Origin: a virus
Reading direction: 5' to 3' (one strand)
DNA: 64,000 nt
Virus record (IMG/VR): IMGVR_UViG_2509601035_000003
A model generated the notes under the pieces. The model did not search any database. It was not told the origin of the DNA and saw nothing but the letters and a program-made list of their open reading frames with translations. Shown here piece by piece: positions 39,005-48,230 of the stretch (positions are counted from its first letter, which is position 1; every line of letters starts with the position of its first letter). The translations under genes were made by a program, and so were the position numbers.

Positions 39005-39937
39005 CTACTTGAGGGAGTTGGTGAAGTTGGGCGCGAAGCCGTAGTGAGCCTTGTACAGCCGGATGTACTCCGAGCGGTTCTGCTCGCGCAGCTCGATCTT
39101 CTGCTCGTCGGACATCTTGTCCCACGAGAGCGTCATGTTGCCGCCCTGCGGTTTGCCGCCGTCGATGAAGTCCATCGGCTTGGATGCGGGCGTCATCATC
39201 GCCAGCGTGTCGCGCAGCGTGTCGATGCCGGCCTTCTTGCCCAGTTCGATCATCTTCGGCATCTGCGCCTCGGTGATCTGACGATTGTCCTTCGCCGCCG
39301 TCACGGCATCGGTGATGCGGGCCAGCGTGAGTGTCTCGTTCTCGGTTTTCAGCGCCCGGATTGCGGTTGCTGCGTCTGCTTCGGTCGCCGTAGTCGGAAG
39401 GCCGAGCAACATCAAAATTTCATTCATCTGAAAAATCTTGTTTTGGGGTTTGTCGTCGTTGTCGGGTTTGAGAAGCGGCAGCAGGTCGTTGTCTTCGCCC
39501 TGCGCGAGTGTGAGCAGCTTGCCGCCGCTGTACAGGCGAACCTGTAAGGCGTCGTCGTTCGCGCCCACGTCCACGATTGACACCTCGACGAGTTTCGAGC
39601 GCGTGACCGTCGGCCGGGTCTGTCCCTGCACCACATTCTGCGGGTCGTCCGACCATTCGAGGATTTCGATACCTGCGGACAGCATGCGCAGCGTGCCGCG
39701 CTCCCATTTGGCTGCGATTACCTTCTCCTCGTCGGTGTCGCCGTCGATCTGCGGCGTGCCGAACAGTCGGTCGTTCTCGACGCGCAGGTCGTTCATCGTG
39801 CCGATGGGAATACCTCGCTTGTGCATATACAGCACGATGGGGTTCTTCTCATACTGCGAAATGTCGAGACCTTCGGTCAGGACTCGCGTGCCGTAGGCGT
39901 TCACGCTGTTGCTGGTAATGACTGCTTCTCTTGCCAT
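39005..39937 (-). CDS. Prohead protease/scaffold
   Basis: NPIVLYMH, PIG, MLSAGI and EVSIVDVGAN. Confidence 0.85.
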   Translation of the reverse strand: MAREAVITSNSVNAYGTRVLTEGLDISQYEKNPIVLYMHKRGIPIGTMNDLRVENDRLFGTPQIDGDTDEEKVIAAKWERGTLRMLSAGIEILEWSDDPQNVVQGQTRPTVTRSKLVEVSIVDVGANDDALQVRLYSGGKLLTLAQGEDNDLLPLLKPDNDDKPQNKIFQMNEILMLLGLPTTATEADAATAIRALKTENETLTLARITDAVTAAKDNRQITEAQMPKMIELGKKAGIDTLRDTLAMMTPASKPMDFIDGGKPQGGNMTLSWDKMSDEQKIELREQNRSEYIRLYKAHYGFAPNFTNSLK

Positions 39938-40013
39938 TCAGTTTTTTTTCGGCCTCGGACACCGCCGACAGAACGTCGGCGGGTCGGTCGGCCTCGGATG
40001 CAAAAAAGGTTTG

Positions 40014-40086
40014 TAGCGGGAGCGGGACTCGAACCCGCGGCCTTGAGGGAATGAACCTCACGAGCTGCCAACTGCTCCACCCCGCG
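40014..40086 (-). tRNA. Initiator-type tRNA-Met(CAT), atypical
   Basis: Full cloverleaf CGCGGGG...TCCCGCTA; C1 mismatch; anticodon arm TGAGG-TTCATTC-CCTCA. Confidence 0.75.
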
Positions 40087-40095
40087 ATTCGGATG

Positions 40096-40184
40096 CAAAG
40101 ATGCAGGGCTAAATCCGGCGTAACAATCGGAGTGTAAAAACCTTACACTTCATTTTACATACTTCTGTTTATGGCGCAACTTTG
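40096..40184. promoter_or_regulatory. Divergent late control region
   Basis: AGTGTAA-N5-TTACACT (40131-40149) between CAnnTTTG variants on both strands. Confidence 0.45.
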
Positions 40185-40227
40185 CCCCGTCGAACGCCCT
40201 CGCAGGGCATCATTTTTTTTCGTATGA

Positions 40228-40701
40228 ATGGGTAGGAAAATCGCCGGAGAATTGAAGGAGTTCGCCGAACTTCTGTATATGCAGGGCACGCCGCAGAACA
40301 TCATCGCCGAGAAGATCGGCGTGTCGAAGAACACCATCGGCGCGTGGGTCGCGGCTGGATGCTGGGCCGAAAAAAAAGTAGCGCAATCGCTGACACGGAA
40401 ACAAGTCGTGAACAACGTACTGCGCTCTATAAACAAAGTCGCCGAGAACCTCGGCAATTCTTCCGACCCCACGGCGGTCGGGAGTAGCAGCGACCAACTG
40501 GCGAAGATGGCCGCCACCATAAAAACCCTCGACAAAGACGTGTCCGTCGTCGATTACATGGAGTGCTTCATGTCCTTCGGGCGCTGGCTCGAACAACGCG
40601 CGGAGTTCGACCCCGATGTCACGGCCGAGTTCCGCAAAGTCGTAAACGATCTGCAAAACAAATTCGTCGTCGAGCAGCTCAGTATAGGTAAAGTACAATA
40701 A
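40228..40701 (+). CDS. Terminase small subunit-like HTH protein
   Basis: QNIIAEKIGVSKNTIGAW; precedes TerL. Confidence 0.75.
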   Translation: MGRKIAGELKEFAELLYMQGTPQNIIAEKIGVSKNTIGAWVAAGCWAEKKVAQSLTRKQVVNNVLRSINKVAENLGNSSDPTAVGSSSDQLAKMAATIKTLDKDVSVVDYMECFMSFGRWLEQRAEFDPDVTAEFRKVVNDLQNKFVVEQLSIGKVQ

Positions 40702-40703
40702 CG

Positions 40704-42236
40704 ATGGGCAACAATGTTGTAAAAACCTATGCCGAGTGGCGGCAATGGTGTATTTTCGTAAAAGAGCGGACGACCGTTCGCCCGGAGTCGCCAGCCGAGA
40801 AGCAGGCCCGCATCAGGCGTGCCCGGACCGACTACAACTTCTTCGTAAACCATTACTTCCCGCACTACACCGACGACCCGGCGACGGGAAAACATACCGA
40901 GTGCGCCCCGTTTCACATCGAGGCCGCGAACCGCGTCCGCAAGGACCCGAACTATAAAGGAGTCGAAAAGTGGGCACGCGGTCACGCCAAGAGTACGCAC
41001 TTCGACATCTTCATGCCCCTGTGGCTGAAAATACAGGAGCCGCGCGAGATCAACGTAATGGTCCTCGTTGGCAAGTCCGAGGAGAACGCCAAAACGCTGC
41101 TCGGAGACCTGCAGGCGGAGCTGCAATACAACCAGCAATATATCGCCGACTTCGGCGTGCAGTATAACGCAGGCGATTGGCAGGACGGCAAGTTTGTGAC
41201 GGCCGACGGCTGCGCCTTCTTCGCCCGCGGCCGCGGGCAGTCCCCGCGCGGCCTGCGCTACCGAAGCCGCCGCCCCGACTATATCGTCATCGACGACCTC
41301 GACGACGACGAACTGTGCGGGAACGAGGCACGTGTGAAGCGGCTCGTGAATTGGGTGAAGGAAGCCCTGTTCGGAACGCTCGACGGCGGCCGCGGACGCT
41401 TCATCATGGTCGGCAACCTTATCAGCAAGAACTCTGTGCTGGCAGCGATGGCGAAGGCCAAAGGTATACACGTCTCGCAGGTGAATATCCTCGACAAGAA
41501 GGGTAACGTGTCATGGGCCGCGAAGTGGTCGCGCGAGGAGGTGCAGAAGATGGCCGATTTCATGGGCTACCGCTCCTTCCAAAAGGAGTACATGAACAAC
41601 CCGATCACCGAGGGCGTGGTGTTCCGGCAGGAGTGGGTCCGGTGGAAGAACCCGCTGCCGCTTGACAAGTACGACTATCTCGTGGCCTATTGCGACCCGT
41701 CGTTCAAAAGTTCTTCCAAGAACGACTACAAGGCCATCAAACTGTGGGGCAAGGCCGGAACCGAGCTGCATTGCCTCGCGGCGTTCGTCCGGCAATGTTC
41801 CGTCTCCGAAATGGTGCGCTGGTGGTACGACCTGCACGAACGGATGCCCGAAAAAGCCGTAGCCGAATACTACATCGAAGCCAACTTTTTGCAGGACATC
41901 ATCCTCGACGAGTTCACCCGCGAGGGAAACATCCGCGGCTATCAGTTGCCCATCCGGGCCGACCGCCGCAAGAAACCCGACAAGTTCCAGCGCATCGAGG
42001 CGATCTCGCCCCTGTGGGAGCGCGGCTTCGTGTACTACAACGCCAAGCAACGGAACGACCCCGATATGCTGGCCGGACTCGATCAGACCTTATGCTTCGA
42101 GAAAGGCATGTCGGGCCATGACGACGCCCCCGACGCCGACGAAGGGGCCATTTACAAACTGCAACAGCACACCCGACAACAGGCGTTCACGCCGTCGGTC
42201 GGGTACAGGCATATATCAGCTAAAAATTTATGGTAA
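40704..42236 (+). CDS. terL: Terminase large subunit
   Basis: ARGHAKST, RGLRY...RPDYIVIDDLDD, YCDPS and HDDAPDA. Confidence 0.92.
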   Translation: MGNNVVKTYAEWRQWCIFVKERTTVRPESPAEKQARIRRARTDYNFFVNHYFPHYTDDPATGKHTECAPFHIEAANRVRKDPNYKGVEKWARGHAKSTHFDIFMPLWLKIQEPREINVMVLVGKSEENAKTLLGDLQAELQYNQQYIADFGVQYNAGDWQDGKFVTADGCAFFARGRGQSPRGLRYRSRRPDYIVIDDLDDDELCGNEARVKRLVNWVKEALFGTLDGGRGRFIMVGNLISKNSVLAAMAKAKGIHVSQVNILDKKGNVSWAAKWSREEVQKMADFMGYRSFQKEYMNNPITEGVVFRQEWVRWKNPLPLDKYDYLVAYCDPSFKSSSKNDYKAIKLWGKAGTELHCLAAFVRQCSVSEMVRWWYDLHERMPEKAVAEYYIEANFLQDIILDEFTREGNIRGYQLPIRADRRKKPDKFQRIEAISPLWERGFVYYNAKQRNDPDMLAGLDQTLCFEKGMSGHDDAPDADEGAIYKLQQHTRQQAFTPSVGYRHISAKNLW

Positions 42237-42460
42237 AATTATTCAGGGCGCTGGTATTCCAGCACCGACTCAAAAAACAGATCCGCATCGCCGACGAACG
42301 GAAACGCCGGACCGGAAAGAAACAGTTTGTAATCACCCTCGGCGGCCGTCCGCTGTGTGTGTCCAAAAAGCGCATCCGCACGCTGATCTCCGAGCAGGTC
42401 TACCGCCGTGGCGTGAAGGTCGCCGACATCGCGGCCATTGCCATCTATAAAACCAAGTAG
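42230..42460 (+). CDS. Small basic protein
   Basis: 76 aa; in the operon. Confidence 0.6.
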   Translation: MVKLFRALVFQHRLKKQIRIADERKRRTGKKQFVITLGGRPLCVSKKRIRTLISEQVYRRGVKVADIAAIAIYKTK

Positions 42461-42463
42461 CGA

Positions 42464-42883
42464 ATGTTTCTCGAAGATCGGGATTACAAGGTCGTCTGCA
42501 ACGACGACACCCTCGACATCATCACGCAGAGCGACGAGCAGACCCGCCGCGACGCCGAACGGAGCGCGCAGGAAGAAGTGGAAGGCTATCTGCGCGCCCG
42601 TTACGACACGGCGAAGGCTTTTGCACAAACGGGCGACAAGCGAAATGCGATGCTCGTGCGCGTCACGGTGAGTATCGCCCTGTTCTACCTCGGACAGTCG
42701 CTACCGCAGTTCATGGGCAACGAGCAACGCGAGACCATGTACAACAATGCGATTGCATGGCTCAAAGACGTACAGAGCGGCAAGGCCATGCCGGACTTGC
42801 CGCTGTATGAATCCGAGGACGGCGAGGACCCGCAGAACCCGGTGCGCTTCGGCTCCCTGCCCGCCCGTAAATACACCTATTAA
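42464..42883 (+). CDS. Mu gp36-like head-tail connector (DUF1320)
   Basis: EVEGYLRARYD; YNNAIAWLKDVQSGK. Confidence 0.85.
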   Translation: MFLEDRDYKVVCNDDTLDIITQSDEQTRRDAERSAQEEVEGYLRARYDTAKAFAQTGDKRNAMLVRVTVSIALFYLGQSLPQFMGNEQRETMYNNAIAWLKDVQSGKAMPDLPLYESEDGEDPQNPVRFGSLPARKYTY

Positions 42884-42916
42884 AAACCTTTCAAACACCG
42901 TTTAAACACCGATTGA

Positions 42917-44155
42917 ATGGGTAAGAACAAGGCCGCTCGAAAAGCGGCTCCCGATTTCGAATCACGCACATACGAGTCCCTGATGGCTGCCGCCCGCGCG
43001 GCCAAAACCATCGAGCAGAAGCGAGGCGTCCTCATCCAGCTCAACGAGGTTGCGGCACGTCTCTCGCAGAAAGATATTGCGACATGGCGGCAGGCATGGC
43101 AGATGGCGCTCAATGTCGAGAACCCCAAGCGCGGCCGACTTTACGACTGCTACACCGACGCGCTGATCGACCTGCACCTCACGGGCTGCATCGGCCAGCG
43201 GGACGGCAAGACCCTGCAAAAGAAATTCGTGCTGAAAACCGAGGACGGGAAAGAGGACGATACGGCAATGAAGATTTTCGAGCGCCAATGGTTCGCGGAC
43301 TTCGTGAGCTATGTGCTTGAGTCCCGTTATTGGGGGCACTCGCTCATTCAGTTGGGCGACGTTACGACCGTGAACGGCGTGCGCACCTTCACCGACGTAT
43401 CGCTTGTGCCGCGCAAGCACGTTATACAGGAGTACGGCGTCATCGTGAAGGATGCGGGCGACGATCCCCAGCAGGGCGTGAGCTACCGCACGGGTGGACT
43501 TGAAAAGTGGTGCGTCGAGGTCGGCAAACCCCGTGATCTCGGCCTGCTGCTCAAATGTGTGCCGCAGGCATTCTCGAAGAAGAACATGCTGGCCTACTGG
43601 GATGTGTTCGGTGAAATTTTCGGCATGCCCATCCGCATCGCTAAGACCGCCGCGCAGACCGGGTCCGAGCGCAGCCGCATCGAGTCGATGCTGGCGAACA
43701 TGGGCGCGGCTGCATGGGGACTGTTCCCCGACGGAACCGACATCGACATCAAAGAGTCGAGCCGGGGCGATGCCTTCAATGTTTACGACAAGCGAATCGA
43801 CCGGGCGAACTCCGAAATGTCGAAGGGCGTACTGAACCAAACGATGACCATCGACAGCGGCTCGTCACTCTCGCAGAGCGAAGTGCATCTCGAAGTGTTC
43901 GGCAACGTCTGTGCAGCCGACGCAACGATGGTGAAGAATATCGTAAACGACAAGCTCATTCCCCTGATGATCGAACACGGATTTCCGTTGCAGGGGTTGA
44001 TTTTCGACTGGGACGAGGCGGCCTCGTTCACGCCGTCCGAGCGCCGGGAAATGGAGCGCGTCGTTTTGCAGTATTACGACGTGGACCCGCAGTATTTCAT
44101 CGACCGCTACAAGATACCCATTACCGCCAAACGTGCGGACGGTTTTTTCGAGTAG
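42917..44155 (+). CDS. Portal protein (Mu gp29/DUF935)
   Basis: DLHLTGCI, YWGHSLIQ, EIFGMPIRIAK and SQSEVH. Confidence 0.88.
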   Translation: MGKNKAARKAAPDFESRTYESLMAAARAAKTIEQKRGVLIQLNEVAARLSQKDIATWRQAWQMALNVENPKRGRLYDCYTDALIDLHLTGCIGQRDGKTLQKKFVLKTEDGKEDDTAMKIFERQWFADFVSYVLESRYWGHSLIQLGDVTTVNGVRTFTDVSLVPRKHVIQEYGVIVKDAGDDPQQGVSYRTGGLEKWCVEVGKPRDLGLLLKCVPQAFSKKNMLAYWDVFGEIFGMPIRIAKTAAQTGSERSRIESMLANMGAAAWGLFPDGTDIDIKESSRGDAFNVYDKRIDRANSEMSKGVLNQTMTIDSGSSLSQSEVHLEVFGNVCAADATMVKNIVNDKLIPLMIEHGFPLQGLIFDWDEAASFTPSERREMERVVLQYYDVDPQYFIDRYKIPITAKRADGFFE

Positions 44156-45735
44156 GGACTGACCCCGACGGCGGCAAGGACAGTCCCGAAACGAAAACCG
44201 CCACGCATGCCGCGAAATCGGCGCATTATGCTCTCTTGCGCCAGGCGATGGCGGACTTGTACGCTCCGGGAGAACTGACGCTAAAAGCGGTCCAAAAGCC
44301 CGATTTCGATCATGGCCGATTCGACACGGCGGCGCGTTATGTTTACAACAGCGGCGGCTTCACCCCGGAGATGCTCGAAAGTAAGCCCGTGCGTGCGCTG
44401 ATCGACGAGACGAACCGTGTTCTCGGTTCGACGATCACCGTGTCGCACGAAACACCGCCCGAACTGACGGCGGCGCTGCGGAACAACGTGTTCATCTTCT
44501 CCGGGCTGAAAACCTATCACTCGCTTTCCGAGGTCGGGCTGTCACTCACCAACAAGGATGGCAGCACCAAATCGTGGCCCGATTTCTACAACGAGGTGAA
44601 GGCCATCGACGGACAGTATAACGGCAATTACCTTTATGCCGAATACAATCACGCCGTCCACTCCGCACAGATGGCCGTGAAATGGCACGAGTGGGAAAAG
44701 GACGGCGACCAGTACGATCTGCAATACCGCACGGCTGGCGACGAACGTGTCCGCGAGGCGCACCGCCAGCTCGACGGCGTGACCCTGCCGCCGAGCGACA
44801 AGTTTTGGGAGCGCTACCTGCCGCCCAACGGCTGGAACTGCCGTTGTAATGTCGTGCAGGTCTTGCGCGACGACTATCCGCGCTCCGACAGCGACAAGGC
44901 CACGGCCATAGGCGACGAGTACACCCGGACCCCGAAGGCGCAGATGTTCCGGTTCAACGCGGGCAAGACCCTCGAAATATTCCCCGCGAAGCACCCATAC
45001 CGAAAAGCCCCGGCGAAGGTGAAGAAGGCCGTCGAGCAGATGGCCGTCGAGCTGCGGACCCCGCAGGAAGTCGTCGATTTCCTGAACGCCTCCGAGGTGC
45101 GCCGGGCATGGTTCGAGCGCGGATTCAATTCGTTAATATCGACGACCGAGCGCGGCGTGAACGGATACACGGATATGCGGGGATTGATCGCCATGACGAA
45201 GGCACGGCTCGACAACGTGCTGGCCGGACTCACCAAGCTGCGGCAGGGGAAGGAGATCACCTTCGACGAGGCCGATGCGCTGGCGACCTTTTGGCACGAG
45301 ATCACCCACAACCGGAACAAGCCGGGAAACATGCGCATGACATCTTTACAGACTCAATATATGGAGTTAGCAAACGAGTTCGTAGCGCGCAAGACCCTGC
45401 CGGAGTTCTACGAAGGAGTAGGCGGAAAGATGCAACATCCCGAATTTATGGCCGACCGCCAATCGACGGGATATAATAGGTGGGTGCGTAATTATTGTAA
45501 AGTCATTGAATTGACGGGGGCGGATGCCGAGGAGGTTCTTTCTGCTGTCCGGGAACATCTGTTCAGCCAACCATACGCCGAGCAGGATGCGGGATTGGTG
45601 AATGCGCTGATGCAAAGCGGCGCACTCAAAGCAGACGGGACGAAACTGAAAAGGTCAGAGGTGAAACGGATTGTAAAAGGCTGCTTGATGTTCGGCGAGG
45701 ATATGTTACAGAAATACGTGGAGTCTATTCGTTGA
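44149..45735 (+). CDS. MuF (gpF) head morphogenesis protein with a C-terminal HExxH extension; entered by -1 frameshift or from ATG 44248
   Basis: YRTAGDERVREAH and PPNGWNCRC; then WHEITH...MELANE. Confidence 0.85.
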   Translation, partial: RVGTDPDGGKDSPETKTATHAAKSAHYALLRQAMADLYAPGELTLKAVQKPDFDHGRFDTAARYVYNSGGFTPEMLESKPVRALIDETNRVLGSTITVSHETPPELTAALRNNVFIFSGLKTYHSLSEVGLSLTNKDGSTKSWPDFYNEVKAIDGQYNGNYLYAEYNHAVHSAQMAVKWHEWEKDGDQYDLQYRTAGDERVREAHRQLDGVTLPPSDKFWERYLPPNGWNCRCNVVQVLRDDYPRSDSDKATAIGDEYTRTPKAQMFRFNAGKTLEIFPAKHPYRKAPAKVKKAVEQMAVELRTPQEVVDFLNASEVRRAWFERGFNSLISTTERGVNGYTDMRGLIAMTKARLDNVLAGLTKLRQGKEITFDEADALATFWHEITHNRNKPGNMRMTSLQTQYMELANEFVARKTLPEFYEGVGGKMQHPEFMADRQSTGYNRWVRNYCKVIELTGADAEEVLSAVREHLFSQPYAEQDAGLVNALMQSGALKADGTKLKRSEVKRIVKGCLMFGEDMLQKYVESIR

Positions 45736-45991
45736 AGACAGCCCGGTATTCATCGCCGAACTCGGCCTCGATGGCGGCCGCAAGTTGCCTGTCCTCGCAA
45801 AATTCAGCGAAAGCCATGAATGTAATGGCCCGATTCTGCTCGGACATAGGAGCGTTATCCGGACTTAACGACTGCATAAAGTCCTCCTTGTCGGCCTTGC
45901 TATGCCCGCCGAGAATCTCGTCGAGGACAGCAGGGTCGGTAGTAAAGTCGAGGAACGACTTGCTCCGGAGCTGTAAATTACCGTAGTCCAT
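45725..45991 (-). CDS. Small acidic protein with its own promoter (candidate immunity/moron)
   Basis: 88 aa from MDYGN; TACTTTTG at 46013-46020 on the - strand; convergent with MuF. Confidence 0.7.
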   Translation of the reverse strand: MDYGNLQLRSKSFLDFTTDPAVLDEILGGHSKADKEDFMQSLSPDNAPMSEQNRAITFMAFAEFCEDRQLAAAIEAEFGDEYRAVFNE

Positions 45992-46047
45992 TGGATAAAT
46001 GATGCGTTTTCGCAAAAGTAATGGTTTTCAATGTGAAAACAAAATAA

Positions 46048-46509
46048 ATGCCGAGAAATATTGATCTCATGCCCCGCGTGTTGAGCGACATGCGGGTAAA
46101 GCTGGCGGAAATGTTCGATCAGAACTTCCGCGAGCAGGGATTCTTCGGGGCCAAATGGCGGCCGAAGAAGGTCTACTCGAAGGGCGGAAGTCCCACGATC
46201 TTGATCGTGACCGGGGCGATGCGGCGCGGCATCCGGGCGCAGGTGCGCGGCCGCAGCGTCGTGTTCACCTCCGACAAACCCTATACTGCCCTGCATAACG
46301 AAGGCGGCGTGTTCCGGCAGAACGTCCCGGCCCATTACCGCAACGTGCGCGGACGTCGCTCCATCGTGCGGGCGCACTCCCGGATGATGCGCATGCCGCA
46401 ACGACAGTTCATCGGCGACCACGCGAAGGTGCAGCGGGCCATCGCCGACATTATGACCCGACACCTCGAACGCATCAGCCGCGACCTTACCAAAATCACC
46501 AAGATATGA
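46048..46509 (+). CDS. Virion morphogenesis protein (Mu gpG/P2 S-like)
   Basis: NFREQGF, LIVTGAMRR, YTALHNEGG and MPQRQFIG. Confidence 0.85.
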   Translation: MPRNIDLMPRVLSDMRVKLAEMFDQNFREQGFFGAKWRPKKVYSKGGSPTILIVTGAMRRGIRAQVRGRSVVFTSDKPYTALHNEGGVFRQNVPAHYRNVRGRRSIVRAHSRMMRMPQRQFIGDHAKVQRAIADIMTRHLERISRDLTKITKI

Positions 46510-47066
46510 GAAAGACCCTTTATTTGGCCCTCGAAGAAAGGCTAAAACAGATTGTTTTCGTGGATGGCGAGCCGACCTTCGAGCCGGATGCCGATAAACG
46601 CAAAGGCAAGCGCCCCGTGTTCCAGCACTTCGACATGTGGAACGAGAACATCCTGCAACTTGTCAAACAGCGACCGTTCGCAACACCTGCGCTGCTGGTC
46701 GAATACGACCCCATCCGCTGGAATTACGGCGGGCATAAAGTGCGAGAGGCCGATATTCTGATGCGGTTGCATGTCGTTACCGCGACGGCGGCCACGGCCG
46801 AGGCGGGCGGACGTTATCAGGACAAAGCCCTCGAACGCTTCGACATCATCAACGGCGTGACGCAGGCCCTACTCTCGTTCAGTTTCGACGACGGCGTCCG
46901 GCAGGCCGGGACGTTCCGGCAGGCCGAATCTGCAACCGACCACAACCACGAACAGGTTTGCGATGACATCGAAAGCTGGGTCGCCTTCTGCCGGGATGCG
47001 TCGGGGTGCAAGATTCCCGGAACCGCATCGTCGGTGCAGCGTTTCGAGCTGCGGCCGGGCCAGTAA
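46506..47066 (+). CDS. Tail terminator-like (gp37-like) protein
   Basis: HFDMWNE; PALLVEY. Confidence 0.6.
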   Translation: MRKTLYLALEERLKQIVFVDGEPTFEPDADKRKGKRPVFQHFDMWNENILQLVKQRPFATPALLVEYDPIRWNYGGHKVREADILMRLHVVTATAATAEAGGRYQDKALERFDIINGVTQALLSFSFDDGVRQAGTFRQAESATDHNHEQVCDDIESWVAFCRDASGCKIPGTASSVQRFELRPGQ

Positions 47067-47068
47067 CG

Positions 47069-47100
47069 AACAACCCCCGGCCGTATGGCTGGGGGTTGTT
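47069..47100. terminator. Bidirectional terminator between late and early operons
   Basis: AACAACCCCCGGCC-gtat-GGCTGGGGGTTGTT. Confidence 0.75.
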
Positions 47101-47101
47101 G

Positions 47102-47347
47102 TTAAAATAGCGAGAGTTGCCGCTGGCGTTCGGCTTCTTCGGCCTCGTTCAACTCTTTGGGCGGGGTGGAAATGTAATTGAGGAACGTGCGGTAACACAT
47201 CGGGTACACCGGGTAGACATGCTCCCGCCATACTGCCTTGTAGCACTTTTTCAATACACCAGCTTCGTAATGTTCGTTCACGATGTCGCAAACCAGTTTG
47301 ATACGTCGCAGCGTGTTGATATTCCTTTTTACACCTTTTTTGCCCAT
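47102..47347 (-). CDS. Small putative regulator, last early gene (possible late activator)
   Basis: 81 aa; YPMCYRTFLNYI; ends RQLSLF. Confidence 0.6.
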   Translation of the reverse strand: MGKKGVKRNINTLRRIKLVCDIVNEHYEAGVLKKCYKAVWREHVYPVYPMCYRTFLNYISTPPKELNEAEEAERQRQLSLF

Positions 47348-47424
47348 TCTCCGAAAATATCGCTATCTTTGTCAAAACTTCCACCTTTTGACTCGTTGGC
47401 TGATATTTCGGTCGGCGAGTTTTT

Positions 47425-47646
47425 TTATTCCTGCTGTCTGTCTTGGCCCGTGAACGGCTCGATGCGAACCGTTCCTTCGTTCACTTTCCAGACACGGCCG
47501 AAGCCCTTGCAAATCGGACAACAGACGGACGAGACTCCTGCGGGGCCGGATGCGGTATATAATACATCATCACTAACTTGCCCCCGGCCGCCACAGTTTC
47601 GGCACAGTTCGACGGTTGCCTTGCGGTACTCTCGCGTTTTACACAT
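47425..47646 (-). CDS. DnaJ-type zinc-finger protein
   Basis: CRNCGGRG and CPICKGFG. Confidence 0.75.
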   Translation of the reverse strand: MCKTREYRKATVELCRNCGGRGQVSDDVLYTASGPAGVSSVCCPICKGFGRVWKVNEGTVRIEPFTGQDRQQE

Positions 47647-47651
47647 TCGGC

Positions 47652-48170
47652 TTAATCCTCCTTCTCTTTTTTGGGTTCGACATAAAATGTTTCGGCTTGG
47701 CCTACGATGATGCCACACTTCTCCATCAGCGGAGCGATCTCCTCGTTTTCACGGTCAGCAAGGAGTTTGTCTTTCGCAATCGCTTCTTCGGTGCGGATGT
47801 ACGACGGCAGGAACTCCCGGACCAGTTCCAGCGCGGCCGCCCATGTGAAGCCCCGGCGGGGTTTGAGTTGCGGGTTGCCTGTGCGGAAGCCGATAACGCC
47901 GTGCGTCGTTTCCATGCTCCGGCGCTTCGAGAACAGCACCTCGCGCTGTTCCGTGGCGAATACCTGCATGACCTCGAACGACTCGGCTTTCTGCTGCTCC
48001 AGCTCCGCGAGCCGTTCGGCGTTCCGCTCCCGAATGGCGACGAACTCCTTGTCCATTTCCGCGTTGATACTCTGCACATCGGCGTCCGCTGTCGCGTAAC
48101 GGCCGAAAGCTTCCTCCATCTGTTCGCGCGTGATGCCCGACACGATGATCTTCTTTGCTCTTTTTGCCAT
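47652..48170 (-). CDS. gam: Gam-family host-nuclease inhibitor
   Basis: HGVIGFRTGNP, IRTEEAIAKDKLL and QAETFYVEP. Confidence 0.88.
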   Translation of the reverse strand: MAKRAKKIIVSGITREQMEEAFGRYATADADVQSINAEMDKEFVAIRERNAERLAELEQQKAESFEVMQVFATEQREVLFSKRRSMETTHGVIGFRTGNPQLKPRRGFTWAAALELVREFLPSYIRTEEAIAKDKLLADRENEEIAPLMEKCGIIVGQAETFYVEPKKEKED

Positions 48171-48230
48171 AAAATTCGTTGTTTTAATTGTTCGATTGCC
48201 TTTTTTGTCCGGGGCCGATTTGACCGTTGG

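Noticed and set aside
43714..44148. N-terminal part of the 673-aa ORF as a real MuF start
   Set aside because: It overlaps the portal in another frame and has an Arg-rich, non-protein-like composition.
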